Of a stretch of 42,070 bases of DNA, positions 9,011 through 17,885 are shown piece by piece. Source of the DNA: an uncultured Erysipelotrichaceae bacterium (GTDB taxonomy: Bacteria > Bacillota_I > Bacilli_A > RF39 > UBA660); contig CADBMO010000104.1 of NCBI GenBank assembly GCA_902795755.1, positions 1 through 42,070 on the forward strand, written 5' to 3'. How positions within the stretch are numbered: the first letter of the stretch is position 1; each line of letters begins with the position of its first letter. The position numbers were made by a program, and so were the translations under genes. Under the pieces are notes generated by a model. That model made no database searches. It had not been told where the DNA came from and saw only the letters and a list, made by a program, of their open reading frames with translations.

Positions 9011-9035
9011 AGATTGAACATTCAATCTTTTTTTT
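9011..9035 (+). terminator. Rho-independent terminator
   Basis: AGATTGAAcaTTCAATCT followed by a T-run. Confidence 0.85.
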
Positions 9036-9058
9036 GATATAATTAAGTAGGTGATTTT

Positions 9059-9664
9059 ATGAATTATAAATTTAAACCAATGACTTTTAATATTGAAGAA
9101 TTAAAAGAAAAAGCTAAAAACGGTGATGGTTTCGCTTGCTATATTGTTGCAAGAAGCTATGATAGTGGCGAAAACGGGGTAGAACAAGACTTAAAGGAAG
9201 CATTTTATTGGTATCATCAAGGAACGTTATTAGGAGATCCTAAGTGTATGTATGGCGTAGGAGCCTGTTACTATTTTGGCGATTATGTACAAAAAAACGA
9301 GGAATATGCGAAAATAATGTTTGTTGCAGCCTACCCAAAGTTATTAAAAGAGGTTGATGAAATAGATGATCTAAAAAAACAATCATTTACTAAGTTTTGT
9401 TTAGGTGCATATTACTATTTTGGTTTTGGTGAAGTTGCAAAAGATGATAAAATGGCGTTTATTCTTATTGCAGAGGCTGCAAGACAAGGTCATATTGCAG
9501 CAATATATGATCTAGGTGCAAACTTTTATTATAACGGAGTTGGAACTAGTAAAAATCTAGAGTTATCTAAGTATTTTTTAACTGTAGCGGCAGATGCTGG
9601 TTTACCTAGGGCAATAAAGAAATTAGAGGAATATCAAGATACTTATAATAAACATATTAAATAA
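9059..9664 (+). CDS. Sel1-like repeat (SLR/TPR-like) protein, cytoplasmic
   Basis: Repeated A..WY..GA..GD......LG.CYYFG-type units (AFYWYHQGTLLGDPKCMYGVGACYYFG; AARQGHIAAIYDLGANFYYNGVG). No signal peptide. It has its own TGATATAAT promoter and its own terminator. Confidence 0.7.
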   Translation: MNYKFKPMTFNIEELKEKAKNGDGFACYIVARSYDSGENGVEQDLKEAFYWYHQGTLLGDPKCMYGVGACYYFGDYVQKNEEYAKIMFVAAYPKLLKEVDEIDDLKKQSFTKFCLGAYYYFGFGEVAKDDKMAFILIAEAARQGHIAAIYDLGANFYYNGVGTSKNLELSKYFLTVAADAGLPRAIKKLEEYQDTYNKHIK

Positions 9665-9665
9665 A

Positions 9666-9690
9666 GGAAAGCATACGCTTTCTTTTGTTT
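9666..9690 (+). terminator. Rho-independent terminator
   Basis: GAAAGC-atac-GCTTTC followed by a T-rich tract. Confidence 0.75.
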
Positions 9691-9752
9691 TATTTATAAA
9701 AAAAATATGATATAATGATATACGTAGATATGTACTTAAAGAAGGTGAAATC

Positions 9753-10193
9753 ATGAAAGTAATATTTATTAAAGATGTTAAAAAGCAGGGTAAGGCCGGA
9801 GAGATAAAAGAAGTTAAAGATGGATATGCTAAGAATTTCTTGATTAAAAACGGATATGCTGTTATGTATACATCAAGAAGTAAAGAAATATTAGATATAA
9901 ATAATAAAAAAGCTGCTGATAAAGAAGCAGCTGAAATAGAAAGATGTAATAAAATAAAAGAAGAACTTAAAAATAAAAAAATAACTTTTAAGGTTAAAAC
10001 AGGTGCTAAAGATCAAGTTTTTGGTACAATTTCAACCAAACAAATAGCAAGCGAACTTGAAAAGTTAGGGTATAAAATAGATAAAAAGAAAATTTTATTG
10101 GATGAACCAATTAGTAGTTTGGGATTTCATGATGTAACATTAAGCTTACATAAAAAAGTGCAAGCTACTGTAAGGATAGAATTAGTAAAATAA
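9753..10193 (+). CDS. rplI: 50S ribosomal protein L9
   Basis: MKVIFIKDVKKQGKAGEIKEVKDGYAKNFLIKNGYAV. Typical bL9 sequence. Confidence 0.96.
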   Translation: MKVIFIKDVKKQGKAGEIKEVKDGYAKNFLIKNGYAVMYTSRSKEILDINNKKAADKEAAEIERCNKIKEELKNKKITFKVKTGAKDQVFGTISTKQIASELEKLGYKIDKKKILLDEPISSLGFHDVTLSLHKKVQATVRIELVK

Positions 10194-10211
10194 TAAGTAA
10201 GGAGTGATAAA

Positions 10212-11555
10212 ATGGCAGAAAGAAATATACCAAATAATTTAGATGCAGAAAAAGCCGTATTAGGGTCTGCTTTTTTATCAAAGAATGCATTACAAAAAAT
10301 ATGTGACGAATTAAGTGAAGAATCATTTTATTCAGATGCAAACGCTAAAATATTTAACGTATTAATGGAGTTAAATGATGAAGATAAACCTGTAGATATA
10401 ACTATTGTTACCAATAGGCTAAATGATAAAAAGATATTAACTCAAGTTGGAAATGTAGAGTATTTATCTGAAGTTATAGATTCAGTACCTTCTGCTTCAA
10501 ATGTTGATTATTATATAGGTATTGTAAAAGAAAAACAAGTTGGAAGAAAAATTATTGAAACTGCTAACGAAATAGCAACTGAAGCATATTCTTCAGAAGA
10601 TTCTATTTATGATGTTTTAGATAGTGCTGAGATGAAAATACTTAGAATTGGTAACTTACGTAAAGCTACTGAGTTTCAAAGAATTCAAGATGTTGCAGCA
10701 AGAGAGCAATCTAATATTGAAAAATTAGCAGAACAAGGAAATGAAATAACTGGACTTGCTACAGGATTTATAGAATTTGATAGGTTAACTGCTGGTTTGC
10801 AACCTGGTCAGTTTATTATAATTGCAGCAAGACCTGCTATGGGTAAAACTGCATTTGTACTAAATCTTGCTACTTATGCAGCAATGCATGGTGATAAACC
10901 AGTTGCAGTATTTAATTTAGAAATGACTACTGATCAATTAGCAAACAGAATACTATCTAATGTTGGTCAAATTTCTATACCAAAAATGCGTACAGGAAGA
11001 CTTGAACATAATGATTGGAGAAGACTTAATGAAGCGGTAAGTCAATTGAATAATGCCAAATTATTATTAGATGATACACCTGGTATTACAATCGGGGAAA
11101 TAAGATCTAAATGTAGGAAATTAGCTAACTCAGATGAGGGATTAGGCTTAGTAGTAATTGACTACTTACAATTGGTAACAGGACCTTCAAAAACTACTGG
11201 TAACAGACAACAAGAGGTATCTGAAATATCAAGAAGTTTAAAGATGATGGCCTTAGAGTTAGGTGTGCCAGTTATAGCAGCAGCGCAATTATCACGTGCG
11301 GTAGAATCTAGAGAAGATAAAAGACCAATAATGAGTGATTTAAGAGAATCTGGTTCTATAGAACAAGATGCTGACATAGTTTCGTTCTTATATAGGGATG
11401 ATTATTATAATAAAGAGTCAAGAAGAGAAGATGGCGCTAGTTTATCAGAATTTATAATTGGTAAAAACAGAAGTGGTCCAACTACCACGATTGAATTATT
11501 ATTTAAAGGTGCTACCAGTACGTTTGTTAACTTTCAAAAGGAAAAAGGTGAATAG
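10212..11555 (+). CDS. dnaB: Replicative DNA helicase (DnaB family; DnaC in Bacillus nomenclature)
   Basis: PNNLDAEKAVLGS, Walker A AARPAMGKTAF, VVIDYLQL, and SRSLKMMALELGVPVIAAAQLSR. Confidence 0.97.
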   Translation: MAERNIPNNLDAEKAVLGSAFLSKNALQKICDELSEESFYSDANAKIFNVLMELNDEDKPVDITIVTNRLNDKKILTQVGNVEYLSEVIDSVPSASNVDYYIGIVKEKQVGRKIIETANEIATEAYSSEDSIYDVLDSAEMKILRIGNLRKATEFQRIQDVAAREQSNIEKLAEQGNEITGLATGFIEFDRLTAGLQPGQFIIIAARPAMGKTAFVLNLATYAAMHGDKPVAVFNLEMTTDQLANRILSNVGQISIPKMRTGRLEHNDWRRLNEAVSQLNNAKLLLDDTPGITIGEIRSKCRKLANSDEGLGLVVIDYLQLVTGPSKTTGNRQQEVSEISRSLKMMALELGVPVIAAAQLSRAVESREDKRPIMSDLRESGSIEQDADIVSFLYRDDYYNKESRREDGASLSEFIIGKNRSGPTTTIELLFKGATSTFVNFQKEKGE

Positions 11556-11557
11556 TT

Positions 11558-13072
11558 ATGGGAAAAGTAATAAAACAGGGGATTATTTATACTTTATCAA
11601 TTGCACTTGCAATTACAATTATGGTTTTTGTTAACTTTGCAGATAGATATGAGTTAACACCTAAGAAGGTATATAAAGTTTATTTAGATGGTAAGGCAGT
11701 TGGTAATATAAAAAATAAGCAAGAGCTAGAAGATTATATTAACCAAGAGCAAACTGAGTTAAAATTAAAATATGGCGTAGATAAAGTATATGTACCATCA
11801 GGTGTAGATATTAAAAAATGTACTACATATGAAAAAAAAGTTTTATCAGCTGAAGAAGTACATAACATTATCACTGAAGAAAAACCTTTTACTTTAAAGG
11901 GTTATAAAATTACTATTAATCCATCAGAAGAAACTTCAACTTCTGAAAAGGATAAGTCTACAGATAATGGGGAAAAGAAAAAAATTGTAATAAACGTACT
12001 TGATAAAGATATGTTTGATAAAGCAGTTAAATCTGTAGTTAAGGCTTTTGTATCATTAGAAGATTATAATAATTTTAAAAATGATACTCAAACAGAGATA
12101 AAAGATACAGGTAAATTAATTGAGGATATTTATATTGCTCAAAATATAACTGAAAAACCTGCTTATATTTCAACCGATGAAGAAATCTTCACCGATGAAA
12201 AAACATTAACTAAATATTTGTTATTTGGTGCTGTAAAAGATGATAAATATTATACTGTTCAAGAAGGGGATACAATTGAATCTATATCTTATGCAAATAA
12301 GCTTGCAACTGCAGAATTCTTAATTGTTAACCCAGAATTTACTAGTGAAACAAACTTATTGTCTCCTGGACAGCAAGTAAAGGTAGGATTAATTAATCCT
12401 ATAATAAATGTAATTGTTGAAAAACACGAAGTTTTTGATCAAGAAAGTAGATATCAAACAATTCAAGAAGAAGATCCAAACATGGCTTTAGGAACTGAAA
12501 AAGTAGTAACAGAAGGTCAAAATGGAACTGATAGATTAACTGCTAAGATAAAATATGATAACGGAGATACTTCAAACGTAGTTGTTGTTTCTTCTGAATC
12601 AATAAAACCACCAGTTGATAGAGTTGTTAAAATAGGAACTAGATCATATTCTGGTAGTACTACGCCAGTTGTTGTCTCTGGAAACTGGGGATGGCCAACA
12701 GTATCACCATATTATGTATCTAGCCCATACGGTTATCGTTGGGGACGTGTACATGAAGGTATTGACATAGCAGGAAGCGGATCGGGTTCACCAATATTTG
12801 CTTCACAAGCAGGAACGGTAGTATCATCAATTAGTCACTGGTCTGTTGGTATTAACGTTGTTATTAACCATGGAAATGGATATTATACTACTTATGCCCA
12901 TTTAAGTTCTAAACTTGTGGGAGTAGGAGCAACGGTACAAAAAGGTCAACAAATTGGTACTATGGGATCCACTGGTCGTTCTACAGGTACTCACTTACAC
13001 TTTGGTTTATTTATTGGTGGTGAACCATATCATGGTGGCCATAGTGCGGATCCAATGCAGTTATTTAGATAA
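11558..13072 (+). CDS. Membrane-anchored LysM-G5-M23 peptidoglycan endopeptidase
   Basis: N-terminal TM segment. LysM (YYTVQEGDTIESISYANKL...LLSPGQQVKV). G5 (EDPNMALGTEKVVTEGQNGT...VDRVVKIGT). M23 motifs HEGIDIAG and GSTGRSTGTHLHF. Confidence 0.88.
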   Translation: MGKVIKQGIIYTLSIALAITIMVFVNFADRYELTPKKVYKVYLDGKAVGNIKNKQELEDYINQEQTELKLKYGVDKVYVPSGVDIKKCTTYEKKVLSAEEVHNIITEEKPFTLKGYKITINPSEETSTSEKDKSTDNGEKKKIVINVLDKDMFDKAVKSVVKAFVSLEDYNNFKNDTQTEIKDTGKLIEDIYIAQNITEKPAYISTDEEIFTDEKTLTKYLLFGAVKDDKYYTVQEGDTIESISYANKLATAEFLIVNPEFTSETNLLSPGQQVKVGLINPIINVIVEKHEVFDQESRYQTIQEEDPNMALGTEKVVTEGQNGTDRLTAKIKYDNGDTSNVVVVSSESIKPPVDRVVKIGTRSYSGSTTPVVVSGNWGWPTVSPYYVSSPYGYRWGRVHEGIDIAGSGSGSPIFASQAGTVVSSISHWSVGINVVINHGNGYYTTYAHLSSKLVGVGATVQKGQQIGTMGSTGRSTGTHLHFGLFIGGEPYHGGHSADPMQLFR

Positions 13073-13839
13073 TGGAAACAGCGGTATTATCTAGTGGAAG
13101 TAAGGGTAATAGTGTATTAATAAAAACAAAAAATACCAAGATTTTAATAGATCTTGGTATTACTAAATCTTATGCTATAGAAAAATTAAGTGAATTAAAT
13201 GTGGATCCAAATGAAATAAAAGCAATATTAATAACACATACTCATACTGATCACATACAAGGATTGAAAACATTTTTAAAAACGTATAAACCAATTTTAT
13301 ACGTTAATAAAACAATAAAACAAATATTAGACGAATACGTAGTATACGATAATTACTACATATATGAAAATGATTCATTTACAATTGATGATGTTGATGT
13401 AACTGTTATAAAAACATCTCATGATGCTAAAGGCTCTGTTGGGTTTGTTTTAAAAAATGAAAATAAATCAATGGTATATATAACTGATACAGGTTATGTA
13501 AATGAAAGATACTTTGATATATTAAAGAATCATAATTTATATATAATGGAAAGTAATCATGACCCGGAAATGCTTATAAATGGTAGGTATCCATATCATT
13601 TAAAAAGAAGGATAAGAAGTGATAAAGGACATTTATCAAACGAACAATCTGCTGAGTATTTATCTATGTTTATTGGTGATAAGACTAAAACAATAGTATT
13701 AGCACACTTATCAGATGATAATAATACTTATGAAAAAGCATTAGATACTTTAAATGCAGTTTTAGAGAATAATAATAAAAAGGTGAAAAATATTATTATT
13801 GCAAAACAAAAACAAAGAACGGATATGATAAAACTATGA
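13072..13839 (+). CDS. yycJ: MBL-fold hydrolase, YycJ/WalJ-like
   Basis: LSSGSKGNSVLI...ILITHTHTDHIQGL (HxHxDH motif). The start overlaps the M23 stop (TAATG). Confidence 0.85.
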   Translation: METAVLSSGSKGNSVLIKTKNTKILIDLGITKSYAIEKLSELNVDPNEIKAILITHTHTDHIQGLKTFLKTYKPILYVNKTIKQILDEYVVYDNYYIYENDSFTIDDVDVTVIKTSHDAKGSVGFVLKNENKSMVYITDTGYVNERYFDILKNHNLYIMESNHDPEMLINGRYPYHLKRRIRSDKGHLSNEQSAEYLSMFIGDKTKTIVLAHLSDDNNTYEKALDTLNAVLENNNKKVKNIIIAKQKQRTDMIKL

Positions 13840-14282
13840 TAAAAATAATATGTGTTGGAAAATTAAAAGAACAATATTTAAAAGATGCCTTAATGGAATA
13901 TGGTAAAAGACTTAGTAAGTATTCTAAATTAGAAATTGTTGAACTACCTGATTATAGCTACGATGAAGTTAAAACGGTATTAGAAGAAGGTAAAAAAATA
14001 ATGTCTAAGATAAAAGACGATGATTATGTAATTACCCTTGATATAAATGGAAAAGAATTAAATTCAATAGAGTTTTCAGATTTTATAGATAAGAACAATT
14101 CAAAAAACATGGTTTTTGTAATAGGTGGTTCTTATGGATTATCAAGTGAAGTAAAACAAAGAAGTAATTATTCGTTATCTTTTTCAAGATTAACTTTTCC
14201 ACATCAATTATTTAGAATAATGTTATTAGAACAAATATACCGTGGATTTAAAATAATAAATAGAGAAAGTTATCATAAGTAG
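13836..14282 (+). CDS. rlmH: 23S rRNA (pseudouridine1915-N3)-methyltransferase RlmH
   Basis: MIKIICVGKLKEQYL...FVIGGSYGLS...LSFSRLTFPHQL, a SPOUT-fold RlmH signature. ATGA overlap with yycJ. Confidence 0.92.
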   Translation: MIKIICVGKLKEQYLKDALMEYGKRLSKYSKLEIVELPDYSYDEVKTVLEEGKKIMSKIKDDDYVITLDINGKELNSIEFSDFIDKNNSKNMVFVIGGSYGLSSEVKQRSNYSLSFSRLTFPHQLFRIMLLEQIYRGFKIINRESYHK

Positions 14283-14296
14283 CTTTCTTTTTTTTG
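14262..14296 (+). terminator. Rho-independent terminator overlapping the rlmH stop
   Basis: Stem AGAAAG/CTTTCT followed by T8. Confidence 0.65.
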
Positions 14297-14343
14297 TATA
14301 TTTATTATGGTATAATATATATAATTTAAAGAGGTGATGTTGT

Positions 14344-15063
14344 TTGAAAATAATGACTTTTAATATTAAAAACTCATACTCTTTATTTAATTGGAAGAAA
14401 AAAATAGATAGTGCAATATCGTTAATTAATAATGAAGATCCAGATATTATTGGCACTCAAGAATTAACTAAAAAAGCGAAAAAACATATTGGGAGAATTT
14501 TAACTAATTATATAATAGTTGGTAAACCTAGAGGAAGCTTTCTATTTAGTAATGAGTATAATTGTGTTTTATTAAAGAAAAAACTATTTAAAGAGTATAG
14601 TACCAAGACATATTCTTTATCTAATAATATTGATAAACTGGGTACTAAGTTTAAAAGTGCAGTCTTTCCAAGGATATGTACGGTGTTACATTTAACTTAT
14701 AAATCAAAAAAGTATTTAATAATTAATACACACCTAGATAATGCATTAGAAATAAATAGAATTAAGCAATTAAACAAGCTAAATGAAATAATTGATATAG
14801 AAAAACAAGAAGATGAATTACTAATAATCATGGGTGATTTTAATATGACTTTAAGATCTGATTTAAGACTATTTAAAGAACGTAATAATTTGAATTGTAC
14901 CAATAACTTAGATAGTACATTAATAGATTTTCCAAAAAGAAAACAAATAGATTATATATTTACATCAAAAGATATAAAATTTGTTAATTATTATAAAATA
15001 GTTAAGAAGTATAATGATACATATGCAAGTGATCATTATCCAGTAGTATTAATAACAAAGTAG
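14344..15063 (+). CDS. Endonuclease/exonuclease/phosphatase (EEP) family protein
   Basis: EEP catalytic motifs are present in order: TFNIKN, GTQELT, NTHLDN, MGDFNM, IDYIF, SDHYPV. TTG start 8 nt after GAGGTG. Confidence 0.8.
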   Translation: MKIMTFNIKNSYSLFNWKKKIDSAISLINNEDPDIIGTQELTKKAKKHIGRILTNYIIVGKPRGSFLFSNEYNCVLLKKKLFKEYSTKTYSLSNNIDKLGTKFKSAVFPRICTVLHLTYKSKKYLIINTHLDNALEINRIKQLNKLNEIIDIEKQEDELLIIMGDFNMTLRSDLRLFKERNNLNCTNNLDSTLIDFPKRKQIDYIFTSKDIKFVNYYKIVKKYNDTYASDHYPVVLITK

Positions 15064-15071
15064 GTGATGAT

Positions 15072-15722
15072 ATGTTTCATAACGGATGGGATGAAGTGTT
15101 ACAAGAAGAAATGAAAAAAGATTATTTTAAATATATAAGGGAGTTTGTAACCGAAGAAAGAAATAATAAAACAATATATCCACCAGCAGAGGATTTATTT
15201 AACGCATTTAAACTGACTGACTTTAAAGATATTAAAGTTGTAATACTTGGTCAGGATCCTTATCATGGTGAAAAGGAAGCAATGGGATTATCTTTTTCTG
15301 TTAGAAAAGGAGTTAGAACTCCACCATCTCTTAGAAATATATTTAAAGAATTAAAAGATGATTTAGGTATAGAAAGAACAGATACAGATTTATCAGATTG
15401 GGCAAAGCAAGGTGTATTTCTTTTAAATACTGTTTTAACTGTTGAAAAAGATAAGGCTAATTCTCATAAAGATATTGGATGGGAAATATTTACGGACTAC
15501 GTAATAAAACAGATTAATGATAAACTAAATAATGTGGTGTTTATTTTGTGGGGAAGACAAGCTAGAGACAAAAAAAGATTGATTACAAATAAATCTCATT
15601 ATATAATAGAATCTGCACATCCATCTCCGTTATCTGCATATAATGGATTTTTTGGAAGTAAACCATTTTCTAAGACAAATGATTATCTAAAAAAGAATAA
15701 TAGAGGGGAAATTAATTTTTAA
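15072..15722 (+). CDS. ung: Uracil-DNA glycosylase (family 1)
   Basis: GQDPYHG, GLSFSV, PPSLRNIF, LLNTVLTV, and HPSPLSA motifs. Confidence 0.96.
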   Translation: MFHNGWDEVLQEEMKKDYFKYIREFVTEERNNKTIYPPAEDLFNAFKLTDFKDIKVVILGQDPYHGEKEAMGLSFSVRKGVRTPPSLRNIFKELKDDLGIERTDTDLSDWAKQGVFLLNTVLTVEKDKANSHKDIGWEIFTDYVIKQINDKLNNVVFILWGRQARDKKRLITNKSHYIIESAHPSPLSAYNGFFGSKPFSKTNDYLKKNNRGEINF

Positions 15723-15734
15723 GAAGGTGATTAT

Positions 15735-16868
15735 ATGGCATTTATACCAACTGCGTTTCCTTACTTTGGAAAACCGGTTGAAGTAAAAAACAAAACTATA
15801 CTGTACCAGGATACAGTACTTAATTTAAAGGATTTGGGTGAAAACATTAGAGTTTCTTCTTTATATGTTGTTGAAGATGAATTACAAAAATGTTTAGAAA
15901 TTGTATTAAAAAATAATTCAGATGTAGTTTTTAATACTATTCAATATTCTAAGAATGATAAAAAAGTATTTTTTTATACTAATAAGGAATTAGACTTTGA
16001 TGCTTGGTATGACAAAGATAAAAAAGTAGTAGAAACAATTGATAATACAAGTGACATAATAAATAAAATAGAAGCGTCATTTAAAAATGAATATACGCAA
16101 GATTGTATTTCGTTAAAAAAATATATAGACATAACTTTTTCATATTATGATAAACTTAATAAACTAGAATCAGAATTCGAAAAGAAAATAAAATTCAAGT
16201 TAAATGCTTTTAGCGTTTCAATTACCGCTCACGAAGATGGTGTTATGCATATATACATAAATGAAATGGGTTCCAAAGGCGTTGGTTATGATTTTAAACT
16301 AATTAACGATGACGTTGTGGTAATTAAAACTGAAGGTGATGCAAAAAGTAATATAATTCAATTAATTGGTACTGAGGTAGAAGAACTATTAACTAAATAT
16401 AAAAAGTTTTATGATCTTGAAGTGTTATTTAATGGCTTTGATGCAGGAATATATTATATTCATAGAACCCAAATGTGTAGTGATGCTAGCGTTTCTTTAG
16501 CATACTATAAGGATATTGATGAAAAGTTAAGGATTAGATTTAATAATGAGCAAAGTAATAAATACGAAATAGAATGTAATTCTCACAAAGTAAGTGAGTA
16601 TTTGAATAAAAACATGGATAGGATTTTAAATGAAGTGATGATTCCTATATCTAAAACGCCAATATATGTTCAAAAAGAATTAATAATGGAAAAAGAAAGA
16701 CAAGAAAGGTTAGAGGAACAAATAAGATTAGAGACATTAAGAAAAAAAGAAAAGGAAGAAAGATTAGCAGAAGAAGCTAGAATTAAATACGAAGAAAAAG
16801 AGGCAAAAAAAGAAAAGTATATTCCATTTTATAAATATTTTAAAAATAAGAAAAAGGATAACAAATAG
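15735..16868 (+). CDS. Hypothetical protein, 377 aa, with C-terminal Glu/Lys/Arg coiled-coil tail
   Basis: ORF with SD GAAGGTG, 12 nt after ung. No motif recognised. The last ~60 aa are highly charged (ERQERLEEQIRLETLRKKEKEERLAEEARIKYEEKEAKKEK). Confidence 0.65.
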   Translation: MAFIPTAFPYFGKPVEVKNKTILYQDTVLNLKDLGENIRVSSLYVVEDELQKCLEIVLKNNSDVVFNTIQYSKNDKKVFFYTNKELDFDAWYDKDKKVVETIDNTSDIINKIEASFKNEYTQDCISLKKYIDITFSYYDKLNKLESEFEKKIKFKLNAFSVSITAHEDGVMHIYINEMGSKGVGYDFKLINDDVVVIKTEGDAKSNIIQLIGTEVEELLTKYKKFYDLEVLFNGFDAGIYYIHRTQMCSDASVSLAYYKDIDEKLRIRFNNEQSNKYEIECNSHKVSEYLNKNMDRILNEVMIPISKTPIYVQKELIMEKERQERLEEQIRLETLRKKEKEERLAEEARIKYEEKEAKKEKYIPFYKYFKNKKKDNK

Positions 16869-16883
16869 ATTGTTATCCTTTTA
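16851..16883. terminator. Bidirectional terminator between convergent genes
   Basis: aaaaaGGATAACA-aatagat-TGTTATCCtttt. Confidence 0.8.
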
Positions 16884-17375
16884 AATGTCAAAAAACTCTT
16901 TTTGTTTTCTTCCAGTAAATATAGTTGTAATTATAATTGGAAAACTTTTAATTACTTTATTATATTCTTCTGCATATTTATTATAATACTTTCTATAAGT
17001 TTCCAATTTATCTGACGTTTCACTAATTGCAAAAGATAATTTTTGAAACTCTTCATTTGTTTTTAAAACATCATACTTATCTGTTACTAGTGAAAACTCT
17101 TTTTTATAAACCATTAATTTCTTATCAAGTTCAAACATATTTAGTTTTTTAGAATCAATTTCTTGTAAATTGCTAAATACTTCTTTGTCTGTCTTTACCA
17201 GCTCTTTTATTTCTTTTTCAGCATCTTTTAATATTTCTTTTCTTTTAATTAATGTACTTTTTAATTTTTCTTCAATAGTAAAAATCTTTTGATTAATAAA
17301 AACCAATTTATCATGATGAATAAAATACAAAAGTGCTATTACAAACACTATAACTATTATAATAATAAATGTCAT
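16881..17375 (-). CDS. lemA: LemA family membrane protein
   Basis: N-terminal TM segment, with a C-terminal YRKYYNKYAEEYNKVIKSFP...GRKQKEFF typical of LemA. Confidence 0.75.
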   Translation of the reverse strand: MTFIIIIVIVFVIALLYFIHHDKLVFINQKIFTIEEKLKSTLIKRKEILKDAEKEIKELVKTDKEVFSNLQEIDSKKLNMFELDKKLMVYKKEFSLVTDKYDVLKTNEEFQKLSFAISETSDKLETYRKYYNKYAEEYNKVIKSFPIIITTIFTGRKQKEFFDI

Positions 17376-17408
17376 TTTATCTACCTTCTCTTATGATTAG
17401 ATTATAGC

Positions 17409-17434
17409 AAAAAAAGAAGACCTTTACAAGGTCT
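17409..17434 (-). terminator. Rho-independent terminator for gerQ (- strand)
   Basis: On the - strand: AGACCTTgtaAAGGTCT followed by a T-run. It overlaps the gerQ stop. Confidence 0.75.
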
Positions 17435-17804
17435 ATCTTGGTAAGTAATACTCGTTGCTGTAATTTATTTTTTCATTAAAGTCTACATAATTTAAGTATA
17501 TCATTAAAAGAAGGTGCCATCTATTCGTGTTTGGATCCCTTATAATGATGTGATCTCTTCCTGCAGCTTCAATAATTCCGGTAAATGTTTTATCTCTCCA
17601 ATCTACAGAATCTGGAAATGAAAAATAAAAAGTTGCAAGTTTACCTCTGTTTAATCTAAGTATGTTTTCTATATAAGATTGCTCTAAATTAAGCATAACA
17701 TCACCATAATTATTTGGATAAGGACTACTTGCACTATTACCCATTGCGTTATTAAAGTTTTCATTAGCACTTAGGTAATTTGGGTTATTATAATTTGTAT
17801 TCAT
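17433..17804 (-). CDS. gerQ: Spore coat protein GerQ (YwdL family)
   Basis: The core SYIENILRLNRGKLATFYFSF...FTGIIEAAGRDHIIIRDP...LLLMIYLNYVDFNE matches the remembered B. subtilis GerQ core (SYIENILRLNRGK.ATVYMTF...GVIEAAGRDHII..DP...LLL.IYLDYITFDE). The N-terminus is Asn-rich and low-complexity. Confidence 0.85.
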   Translation of the reverse strand: MNTNYNNPNYLSANENFNNAMGNSASSPYPNNYGDVMLNLEQSYIENILRLNRGKLATFYFSFPDSVDWRDKTFTGIIEAAGRDHIIIRDPNTNRWHLLLMIYLNYVDFNEKINYSNEYYLPR

Positions 17805-17828
17805 AATTATCTCCTTTACATCTGCTTA

Positions 17829-17857
17829 ATAATATGATTGTTTTTTATTAATTATGC
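17829..17857 (-). promoter_or_regulatory. Candidate sigma-E-type sporulation promoter of gerQ
   Basis: On the - strand: GCATAAT (17857-17851), a 14-nt spacer, then CATATTAT (17836-17829). The remembered sigma-E consensus is (G/T)(A/C)ATA(A/T)(A/T)-14 bp-CATACA(A/C)T. The -35 matches at 7/7 and the -10 at 6/8. Confidence 0.45.
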
Positions 17858-17885
17858 ATGTTAAAATAAAAATAGGAGTGATAAT

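Noticed and set aside
13837-13839. Possible Mollicutes-type genetic code (TGA read as Trp), given the very low G+C content.
   Set aside because: TGA terminates well-conserved ORFs at the expected length (yycJ at 13837-13839; the flippase-like gene at 32824-32826), and Trp is encoded by TGG throughout. The standard bacterial code applies.
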